From NCBI GenBank assembly GCA_963708075.1, contig OY970194.1, positions 1,856,001 to 1,920,000 of the forward strand: 64,000 nucleotides of DNA, in the 5' to 3' direction. Source of the stretch: Sedimentisphaerales bacterium. GTDB lineage: Bacteria; Planctomycetota; Phycisphaerae; Sedimentisphaerales; Anaerobacaceae. Positions within the stretch are counted from its first letter, which is position 1. Every line of letters starts with the position of its first letter. Made by a program: the position numbers and the translations under genes. Shown one piece after another: positions 41,154 through 48,985 of the stretch. The notes under the pieces were generated by a model. It saw only the letters and a list, made by a program, of their open reading frames with translations. It ran no database searches and was not told the DNA's origin.

Positions 41154-42385
41154 TTCGTGCAAGAGATGTTCAGAAGCTGGTGAAAGACCTGCATCATCCA
41201 GCCAGTGTCCAGACGCATGACAGAATTGTCGGCCACCTGCTCGCTGTGCTGAGACGAACGAAACCACAAGCGGCTGGCCAACAGCCGGCTGTAAGGAGAA
41301 CCTTCATGAGAAGTCCGATTATGAAACTCGCGGCAGCGGCCGGCCTCATTCTGGCCGTGATGCTGCCCGTCACTTTGCTTATAAAGTCAACCCCCACTGC
41401 CTCTGCCGCCGTGATCTTTCAACAGGCGGCCGAAGCCATGGAGAAGCTGAAATCTTTTCACATTCAGGTGGAGATGCGCACTCTCCCGCACGACAATTTC
41501 GCTTTGATCGTACTGGATCACGATTTCGTCCCCATCGATTTCTGGAAGCAATTCACCGATGATCCGCGGGGCAAATGGCGACTGGAAGAGCCGGGCCGGG
41601 TCGTCGTCATGGACGGCGGCATGTCCACGATGCTCATCAAACACCTCAACGAGGTCCACGAGGTCGCCGACCCGAATCCGGAGCGGTACTGGGACGAGTG
41701 CCTCGTTGAAGTAGACAAGGTCACGGAGCGGGAGGCCAGGAACGCATCGGAGCACCCGGCGGAGTTCTCCTTGTATCGCGAACAAGGGGAGGACGGCCGC
41801 GAAGAGATCATCATCTCTGTGGAGGTCCAGTCACGCGTGCCGGAGACGGACCACCTCCGAGACAGGTACATCAAGAATTCCGATCACCTGAAGGTTTACC
41901 GGTTTGATGCCCAGACGAAGCTGCTGGAGAACCTTGAGATCTACATGCATCACAAGGGCCAGGACATCCTGGTATTGCGACTGGTGCAGGCTGAGTATGA
42001 TATCGAGCTCGATCCGGCCCTGTTCCGCCTTGATCTGCCCGAGGACGTCATTCGGACTGTGCCTCTGGCCGTCCTGCCGGACAACGCCAGGTACGAACAG
42101 ATGACGCCGGAAGAGGCGGCGACGGCCTTCTTCACGGCCTGTGCTAAGGAGGACTGGGACGAACTGGTCAAGTTCCTGGGCCAGACCGGTGTCCCGCAAC
42201 TGATGAAGGACTACCTCGGCGGGCTGGAGATCATCTCGATCGGAGAGGCGTTCCAATCCGCCAACTATCCGGGCTGGTTCGTGCCCTATGAGGTCAAGCT
42301 CAAGTCCGGCCAGATCAAGAAACACAATCTCGCCATTCGCAAGGACAACCCGGCCAATCGTTTCGAGTATGACGGCGGGATATAG
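41150..42385 (+). CDS. Putative anti-sigma factor 6: TM, LolA-like domain, small C-terminal alpha/beta domain
   Basis: ATGA overlap with sigma 6; KLAAAAGLILAVMLPVTLL TM then TASA; RFDAQTKLLE, LDPALFRLDLPED. Confidence 0.8.
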   Translation: MIRARDVQKLVKDLHHPASVQTHDRIVGHLLAVLRRTKPQAAGQQPAVRRTFMRSPIMKLAAAAGLILAVMLPVTLLIKSTPTASAAVIFQQAAEAMEKLKSFHIQVEMRTLPHDNFALIVLDHDFVPIDFWKQFTDDPRGKWRLEEPGRVVVMDGGMSTMLIKHLNEVHEVADPNPERYWDECLVEVDKVTEREARNASEHPAEFSLYREQGEDGREEIIISVEVQSRVPETDHLRDRYIKNSDHLKVYRFDAQTKLLENLEIYMHHKGQDILVLRLVQAEYDIELDPALFRLDLPEDVIRTVPLAVLPDNARYEQMTPEEAATAFFTACAKEDWDELVKFLGQTGVPQLMKDYLGGLEIISIGEAFQSANYPGWFVPYEVKLKSGQIKKHNLAIRKDNPANRFEYDGGI

Positions 42386-42530
42386 TCGATACATCCACGA
42401 ACAACCCAGGGGTCACAACGGGCCAGGCCACAAGGGCTTGGCCCTTTCCATGTGCCGGCTGAGCCCGGCCGCTGGTGAAATTCTGTTGCCAAAGCTCTGA
42501 TTCTGCCTATAACATGCTTCGGCAGGGACT

Positions 42531-42559
42531 GTAGGGGCAGGTTTCAAACCTGCCCGTAC
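42531..42559 (+). repeat. GTAG-type REP palindrome
   Basis: GTAGGGGCAGGTTTCAAACCTGCCCGTAC, same family as 38194 and 38276. Confidence 0.75.
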
Positions 42560-42590
42560 CTTGGATGCGTGTAGAGCAAGGAGCTTCGGC

Positions 42591-44441
42591 ATGAAGTCAT
42601 GTGGATTGTCTCTGTTGTCCGCCGTTTGTCTGGTCGTCACGGGCGGTTGTGCGGTCCGGCATCTCGCGGGGTTTGATAGGCCCGCCATCTCCGGCGAGTT
42701 GAAACAGTGGCATACTGTCACGCTCACGTTTGCCGGTCCGCCGGCAAGCGAGATTGGCGAGCCGAATCCATTCCTGGATTGTCGGCTGACAATCACGTTC
42801 TCCCGAATTGAGGAAGACTCGGAATCCGATGTAGGGGCGAAACGTGTTTCGCCGGTACTCGTGCCGGGCTACTATGCGGCGGACGGTGACGCGGGTCAGA
42901 CCGGCGCCTCGCTGGGCAACAAGTGGCAGGCGCATTTCCTGCCCCCTGAGCCGGGCCGATGGCGGTACGTCGCTTCGTTCCGGATGGGCAAGGATATCGC
43001 GATCGACCCCTGTGTCGCAGGAGAGCCGATTGCCTTCGACGGGGCCAGAGGGACATTCGAAATCGATCCGACCGACAAGATCGGCCGGGACTTCCGCGCC
43101 CAGGGACTGCTGCGGTACATCGGGCAGCGGTACCTGCAGTTCGCCCACACTCGCACGTACTTCATCAAGGCCGGCGCCGACAGTCCGGAGAACTTCCTGG
43201 CCTATGCCGATTTCGACGGGACCTACGACAGCGGCGCGCTGACCCGCGAGGGCGAGGCGGCAGGCGACGAGTTCATTCACCACTACCAGCCACACGTGCA
43301 GGACTGGCTCACCGGCGACCCCACCTGGAAGGACGGCAAGGGCAAGGGCATCATCGGCGCCCTGAACTATCTCGCCTCCAAAGGCATGAACAGCGTCTAC
43401 TTCCTGACCTACAACGTGGACGGCGGGGACGGCAAAGACGTCTGGCCCTGGATCGATCCGAATGACAAGCTCCACTTCGACTGCAGCAAGCTGGCCCAGT
43501 GGGAAATCGTCTTCTCGCACATGGACAGACTCGGCCTGATGCTCCACGTCGTCACGCAGGAGACGGAGAACGACCAGGGCTTGGACAAGGGCGAGTTGGG
43601 CCGCCAGCGGAAGCTCTACTATCGCGAGTTGATCGCCCGCTTCGCGCACCATCCCGCACTCGTCTGGAACCTCGGCGAGGAGAATACCAACACCGACGAG
43701 CAGCGAAAGGCATTCGCCACGTACATCCGCGACCTGGACCCGTACGATCATCCAATCGTCTGTCATACGTTCCCCGGACAATATGATGCGGTGTACAATC
43801 CCCTCCTTGGATACGGGGATTTTGAGGGCCCCTCTCTGCAGACGAACGATACGCACAACCAGACGGTCAAGTGGATCGATCTATCCGCCAAGGCCGGGCG
43901 GGCGTGGTTCGTCTGCCTCGATGAGATCGGACCATCGCACACGGGGGCCAAGCCCGATAATGACGATTACTGGCACGACGAGGTGCGGAAACAGCATCTG
44001 TGGGGCAACCTGATGGCCGGCGGGGCCGGCGTCGAATGGTACTTCGGCTATCAGTTCCTCCACAATGACCTCAATTGCGAGAACTGGCGTAGCCGCGATC
44101 ACCTCTGGGACCTGACACGATACGCCCTGGACTTCTTCCAGAATCATCTGCGGTTCGCCAGAATGCATCATCACGACGAGCTGACGTCCGCCCCGGATGA
44201 CTATTGCCTTGCCAGCCCTGGGTATATGTATGCGATCTACCTGCCTTCCGGGGGAACGACCGACTTGGAGCTTGGCCCCCCGGCCGGGACGTTCCGCATC
44301 CGCTGGTTCAACCCCAGGCAAGGCGGCCCGATGGAATTGGGAACCCTGGTGTCGGCGACCGGGCCGGGAAAGATCAACATCGGCCAGCCGCCGAGGGATA
44401 CGGACAAGGACTGGGTCGCCCTCATCGACCGGGGCCGGTGA
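42591..44441 (+). CDS. DUF5060-type N-terminal domain, glycoside-hydrolase-like catalytic domain and C-terminal collagen-binding-like domain; probable lipoprotein
   Basis: VVTGGC lipobox-like; GELKQWHTVTLTFAGP, NPFLDCRL, VPGYYAADG, GADSPENFLAY, WNLGEEN, LDEIGP, RWFNPRQGG, DWVALI. Confidence 0.75.
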   Translation: MKSCGLSLLSAVCLVVTGGCAVRHLAGFDRPAISGELKQWHTVTLTFAGPPASEIGEPNPFLDCRLTITFSRIEEDSESDVGAKRVSPVLVPGYYAADGDAGQTGASLGNKWQAHFLPPEPGRWRYVASFRMGKDIAIDPCVAGEPIAFDGARGTFEIDPTDKIGRDFRAQGLLRYIGQRYLQFAHTRTYFIKAGADSPENFLAYADFDGTYDSGALTREGEAAGDEFIHHYQPHVQDWLTGDPTWKDGKGKGIIGALNYLASKGMNSVYFLTYNVDGGDGKDVWPWIDPNDKLHFDCSKLAQWEIVFSHMDRLGLMLHVVTQETENDQGLDKGELGRQRKLYYRELIARFAHHPALVWNLGEENTNTDEQRKAFATYIRDLDPYDHPIVCHTFPGQYDAVYNPLLGYGDFEGPSLQTNDTHNQTVKWIDLSAKAGRAWFVCLDEIGPSHTGAKPDNDDYWHDEVRKQHLWGNLMAGGAGVEWYFGYQFLHNDLNCENWRSRDHLWDLTRYALDFFQNHLRFARMHHHDELTSAPDDYCLASPGYMYAIYLPSGGTTDLELGPPAGTFRIRWFNPRQGGPMELGTLVSATGPGKINIGQPPRDTDKDWVALIDRGR

Positions 44442-44449
44442 AATACCTA

Positions 44450-44477
44450 TTGCAAAACGTTTTGCCGTCCGTATAAT
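44450..44477 (+). promoter_or_regulatory. Sigma70-like promoter
   Basis: TTGCAA-16 nt-TATAAT upstream of the alphaCTD-TPR gene. Confidence 0.55.
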
Positions 44478-44554
44478 ACTCGCTCGTCAAGACTAGGGGT
44501 CTACACGAAACAGAACGAGTTTTGAACTCAAAAAGCAACTGGGAGACGATATCC

Positions 44555-45865
44555 ATGGAGCAGATGACTGAAGTAGGGATTAATCTCTTCGGAGACCAAT
44601 TGCCCTCGATGGAGGAATTGCGGACACTGTCTCATGCCGTGCATGCCAGTGAGGCGAGCCAGGCGAAATTCGCGCAGCAGGTCGAGGAGAACAAGAGCAA
44701 GACATCCGGGCACGTGGCCCTGGCGACCGGGATCGGTCTGTTCATGCTCGGCCGGTACCAGGAGGCGATAGAGAAATTGCGCAAGGGCCAGGACAGCAAG
44801 GAAAGGTACATGTACCTGGCGTTCACTCTGCGGCGCGTGAGACGATACGACGAGGCGATCGAGAGCCTCAAGAAAGCGAAAGACTCCGGGGCAGAGGCCC
44901 TGAATGTGAGCTTGGAGAAAGCCGCGACGTACCGGCAGGCGGGCAATCTGGAGGCGGCCACCAAGGAGATGCAGGCCTGCGCGAACTTCGAGAACGTCAG
45001 TGCCGAGTATCATTACCAGTTGGCCCGTCTGCAGGAGGCGCGAGGAGAATATGACAGGGCGCTGGGCAACTACCGGACGGCCCTTCAACTGGCCCCCGGG
45101 CACCAGCGGGCTCTGTTTCATTTGGCCTACCGTTATGACCTGTCCGGCCAGGAGGATGCGGCCATCGAAACCTACAAGCAAGTGGTAGCATCCTCCCCGG
45201 CGTACGTCAGTGCCCTGCTGAACCTGGCCGTGCTGTACGAAGACCGCGGCGACTTCCTCAAGGCAAGCAACTGCGTGGACAAGGTCCTGGAAGCCCACCC
45301 GAATCACCCGCGGGCCGTCCTCTTCAAAAAGGACATCGAAAGCTCCAAAACCATGTTCTATGACGAGGAGAAGGAAAAGAAGCGAACCCGCAAAAACCAG
45401 ATCCTCGAAACTCCGATCTCCGATTTCGAGCTCTCGGTGCGCAGCCGCAACTGCCTGCGAAAAATGAACATCCGCACGCTCGGGGACTTGCTGAACATCA
45501 CCGAGGCGGAGCTGCTCTCCTATAAGAACTTCGGCGAGACCTCGCTGAGGGAGATCAAGGCCATCCTGGAGCAGAAGGGCTTGCACCTCGGCATGGCCAT
45601 CGAGGACAAGCAGTTCCAGGCGGAGAGCACTCCCGGCGTCGAGACCGTGGAGAACCAGGGGCTGTTGACCAAGACCGTCGATGATCTGCAGTTGTCCGTT
45701 CGCTCTCGCAAATGCCTGCAGAAACTCAATATTCGCACGCTTGCCGAGCTGACACGGACGACGGACGCCGAGCTTCTGGGTTGTAAGAACTTCGGGGTGA
45801 CGAGCCTGAACGAGATCAAAAAGGTCCTGGCCAACGTCGGGCTGTCGCTTCGCAGCCTCGATTAA
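44555..45865 (+). CDS. TPR protein with two tandem RNA polymerase alpha C-terminal domains (not RpoA)
   Basis: TPR repeats, then ISDFELSVRSRNCLRKMNIRTLGDL...KNFGETSLREIK and VDDLQLSVRSRKCL...KNFGVTSLNEIK; no alpha-NTD. Confidence 0.9.
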   Translation: MEQMTEVGINLFGDQLPSMEELRTLSHAVHASEASQAKFAQQVEENKSKTSGHVALATGIGLFMLGRYQEAIEKLRKGQDSKERYMYLAFTLRRVRRYDEAIESLKKAKDSGAEALNVSLEKAATYRQAGNLEAATKEMQACANFENVSAEYHYQLARLQEARGEYDRALGNYRTALQLAPGHQRALFHLAYRYDLSGQEDAAIETYKQVVASSPAYVSALLNLAVLYEDRGDFLKASNCVDKVLEAHPNHPRAVLFKKDIESSKTMFYDEEKEKKRTRKNQILETPISDFELSVRSRNCLRKMNIRTLGDLLNITEAELLSYKNFGETSLREIKAILEQKGLHLGMAIEDKQFQAESTPGVETVENQGLLTKTVDDLQLSVRSRKCLQKLNIRTLAELTRTTDAELLGCKNFGVTSLNEIKKVLANVGLSLRSLD

Positions 45866-45880
45866 CCTGCACCGTCTTCT

Positions 45881-47236
45881 TTGATGGCTCACTGGTTGCG
45901 CAACAAGCTGCTGGCTGGTCGGACGCCCGATGGAACGGTTCGAAGGCCGCGTCATTACTGGCTGTGGTCCTGTTCCATTGGTTTCGCGTGCATGGTTCTG
46001 CTCGCCGTGTTCTTTCACGGCTGTGAGCAGAGGGAGATTGTCCGACCGACGCCGCAGATGGACACCGAGTCCCAGTTCTGGATCCGTGTTCTCCTGGTGT
46101 CGAACACGACCGAGTGCAGCCTGGCGACGCCCTCCGCCGTCAACGTGTCTCAAGGCCGTCTGGGCCCCGCCCTCCAGGCGGGATCCTTACTGGAGCCGAT
46201 TCGCAATCCAACGAAGGTCACCCTTTCCGGCGGCCGGCTTATGCTCGGCGACACGGTCCTGCCCGGCAACGAGGTGATTCTCAGCCCGCAGTCCCCTTAC
46301 GTCTTCAACCTGAACGGCGACGATTATCGCGGCAAGCTCCTGCTCGTCGCCGGCTCGCAGGGACGGGGATTCGACGTGATCAACCTGATTCCGCTCGAGC
46401 CGTACCTGGCGGGCGTCGTGGGCGAGGAGATGCCGGACTACTGGGAGCCGGAAGCCTTGAAGGCGCAAGCCATCGCCGCAAGGACCTACTGCCTCTATAC
46501 GAAGAACCGCTTCGGGGCCGGCCGCAACTGGGATGTCAGCCGCACACAGGCAAGTCAGGTGTACGGCGGCGTCCGGGCGGAATCCTCACAGGTCTGGAAT
46601 GCGGTGAACAGCACCGCCGGCAGGGTCGTAGTGACCCCGGGACAATCATCGGGGCCCCGTTTCGGATCAGAGGGGCTCAGCCGGGCCATTTTTCCAGCGT
46701 ATTTCAGCTCCGTCTGCGGCGGCCATACTACCGACAGCGAGCATGTCTTCGGCGAATCGTTTCCGACATTGAAAGGGGTCGCTTGTCCCTACTGCAAGGA
46801 CGTGGCCAAGCTGGGGTTGTTCTACTGGCCGATGGCCCAGTTTGACCGCGGGACTGTGACGAAGCAGTTGACGCAGCGATACCCAAAGCTCGACGCGATT
46901 GGCGAGATCCAGGATATTGTCGTTACCGAGAAGCAGGATTATGGCGAGTTCTCCCGGTTGACAAGGATCAAGCTCGTGGGAGCAACAGGCAAGACGGACA
47001 CGCTTCGGGCCGAGGACTTGCGATTGGCGATCGATTCGACGGGCCGCAAGATCAAGAGCACGGCCTGCCAGATCGTTTCCTGGGGCGATGGCTGGGCCTT
47101 TCTGTCGGGCAGAGGTTGGGGGCATGGCGTTGGCCTGTGCCAGTGTGGCGCCGAAGGCATGGCGAGGACAGGCCACAACGCGGAGGCGATGCTCCAGTAC
47201 TATTATCCCGGCTGTGAGATTGTAAGCATCTATTGA
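45881..47236 (+). CDS. SpoIID/LytB domain protein (lytic transglycosylase-like)
   Basis: YRGKLL, INLIPLEPYLAGVVGEEMP, EALKAQAIAARTY, SQVYGG, YFSSVCGGHT, GRGWGHGVGLCQCGA, QYYYPG. Confidence 0.92.
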   Translation: MMAHWLRNKLLAGRTPDGTVRRPRHYWLWSCSIGFACMVLLAVFFHGCEQREIVRPTPQMDTESQFWIRVLLVSNTTECSLATPSAVNVSQGRLGPALQAGSLLEPIRNPTKVTLSGGRLMLGDTVLPGNEVILSPQSPYVFNLNGDDYRGKLLLVAGSQGRGFDVINLIPLEPYLAGVVGEEMPDYWEPEALKAQAIAARTYCLYTKNRFGAGRNWDVSRTQASQVYGGVRAESSQVWNAVNSTAGRVVVTPGQSSGPRFGSEGLSRAIFPAYFSSVCGGHTTDSEHVFGESFPTLKGVACPYCKDVAKLGLFYWPMAQFDRGTVTKQLTQRYPKLDAIGEIQDIVVTEKQDYGEFSRLTRIKLVGATGKTDTLRAEDLRLAIDSTGRKIKSTACQIVSWGDGWAFLSGRGWGHGVGLCQCGAEGMARTGHNAEAMLQYYYPGCEIVSIY

Positions 47237-47245
47237 CAGAATCGA

Positions 47246-48388
47246 ATGTCCCACTTGGAAATCCTCAGTACCGACCCGCATTGTGCCGCCCGGCGTGGGG
47301 TCCTGCACCTGGCTCACGGCGACGTCCAGACGCCGGCATTCATGCCGGTGGGGACCGCGGGGGCCGTCAAGGGGGTTGTCCCCAGTCTGCTCGCAGAGAC
47401 TGCCACGGAAATCATTCTGGCGAATACCTACCACCTCATGCTCAGGCCGGGCGTCGACGCGGTGCAGCGCATCGGAGGCCTGCATCGGCTCATGGCCTGG
47501 AATCGCCCGATCCTGACCGACAGCGGCGGCTACCAGGTGTTCTCTCTGAGCGCCCTGACTCGGATTGACGATGAGGGTGTCGAATTCAGCAGTCATATCG
47601 ACGGAGCCCGCGTACACCTGAACGCTGAGATCGCCACCGACATCCAGCACCGGCTCGGAGCCGACATCATTATGTGCTTCGACGAGTGCACTCCATTTCC
47701 AGCGGACCAAGGGCACATAGAGACGGCTGTAAGAAGAACCACTGAATGGGCGAGGCGATGCAAGCGCGAGTTCTCAGTTCTCGGTTCTCAGTTGTCAGCG
47801 GACAACCGGCAACTGCTTTTCGGCATCGTCCAGGGCGGGATCGATCCGGAGCTTCGACGCCGTTGTGCCGAGCAGATCGTGGAAATCGGCTTCGATGGAT
47901 ACGCCATCGGTGGCCTGAGCGTCGGGGAAGGTCACGATAACATGGTGCGCACGGTCGAGTTCACCGCCCCCCTGCTGCCGCATGAGCATCCGCGCTACCT
48001 GATGGGCGTGGGTATGCCGGTGGACATCCTGGCCGCCGTCCGGGCCGGCGTGGACATGTTCGATTGCGTCCTGCCCACCCGCAACGGCCGCAACGCCTTT
48101 GCGTTCACTGAACAAGGCCCCTTGCGACTGCGTAACTCTGTTCATGGCGACTCTACGGAGCCGGTGGAGCCGGGCTGCGACTGCTACGGTTGCCGGCATT
48201 TCACGCGGGGGGCAATCAGGCACTTTTTCAACAGCGGCGAGATGCTCGGCCCGATTCTGCTGTCGCTGCACAATCTGCGGTTCTATCAAAGACTCATGGC
48301 GAATATCCGCAAGCACATTGAGCAAGGCGATTTTGATGCCTGGGCGGCCGCCGAAATGGAGAGGTATGCATGGACCGATAATAAGTAG
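47246..48388 (+). CDS. tgt: Queuine tRNA-ribosyltransferase
   Basis: TPAFMPVGT, ANTYHL, LTDSGGYQVFSL, FGIVQGG, PRYLMGVG, DMFDCVLPTRNGRN, CDCYGC. Confidence 0.97.
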   Translation: MSHLEILSTDPHCAARRGVLHLAHGDVQTPAFMPVGTAGAVKGVVPSLLAETATEIILANTYHLMLRPGVDAVQRIGGLHRLMAWNRPILTDSGGYQVFSLSALTRIDDEGVEFSSHIDGARVHLNAEIATDIQHRLGADIIMCFDECTPFPADQGHIETAVRRTTEWARRCKREFSVLGSQLSADNRQLLFGIVQGGIDPELRRRCAEQIVEIGFDGYAIGGLSVGEGHDNMVRTVEFTAPLLPHEHPRYLMGVGMPVDILAAVRAGVDMFDCVLPTRNGRNAFAFTEQGPLRLRNSVHGDSTEPVEPGCDCYGCRHFTRGAIRHFFNSGEMLGPILLSLHNLRFYQRLMANIRKHIEQGDFDAWAAAEMERYAWTDNK

Positions 48389-48499
48389 ATAGCGTCAGGT
48401 CCACTCTTTTCAACGGCAAATCTCATTTGAATTTGACATTTCCACTCTCCTGATATAGGCTATTGGGTTTGTGGCATGGTCCTTGGAAAGGAACCCATC

Positions 48500-48925
48500 A
48501 TGGATAACGTGTGGATATTGGCACAAACGGAGTCGGGGCAGGCCCCCTCACGAGTCGGTTCAGAGCCCGTGGAGACCGAGGGTGGAGCGACGACCACCGC
48601 GCCGGGTGAACCCCCGCGGCCGACGGACATCCCGCCCAAAAAGCAGGGATCGCCTTTGATGAGCCTGCTGCCGCTGATCTTGATCATGGTATTCATGTAC
48701 CTGCTGTTGTTCCGCGGGCCCCGAAAGCAGCAGCAGCAACAACGCCAGATGGTCCAGACGCTGAAGAAAAACGACCGGGTCCGCACGATCGGAGGGATCA
48801 TCGGGACCATCGTGGAGGTCCGGGACGATGAGGTCCACCTCAAAATCGATGAGGCAAACAATACGAAGATTTGGATCAGTGCTTCCGCCATTGGCAAGAA
48901 TCTCTCCGAGGAGAAAAAGGATTAA
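48500..48925 (+). CDS. yajC: Preprotein translocase subunit YajC
   Basis: TM LLPLILIMVFMYLLLF, LKKNDRVRTIGGIIGTI; between tgt and secDF; TTGACA at 48433. Confidence 0.93.
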   Translation: MDNVWILAQTESGQAPSRVGSEPVETEGGATTTAPGEPPRPTDIPPKKQGSPLMSLLPLILIMVFMYLLLFRGPRKQQQQQRQMVQTLKKNDRVRTIGGIIGTIVEVRDDEVHLKIDEANNTKIWISASAIGKNLSEEKKD

Positions 48926-48985
48926 GAGCGTTTCGTGGATGGTCGAAATAGTTCCGATCTGGAGGCTCACTGAGTAGGAATAGTT

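Noticed and set aside
26981..42385. Integron or diversity-generating retroelement explaining the cassette-like ECF array
   Set aside because: No integrase or reverse transcriptase nearby, no attC-like shared repeat between pairs, and no template/variable repeat pair differing at adenines.
44522..45865. rpoA
   Set aside because: Only alpha-CTDs are present, with no N-terminal assembly domain, and the gene is not in a ribosomal operon.
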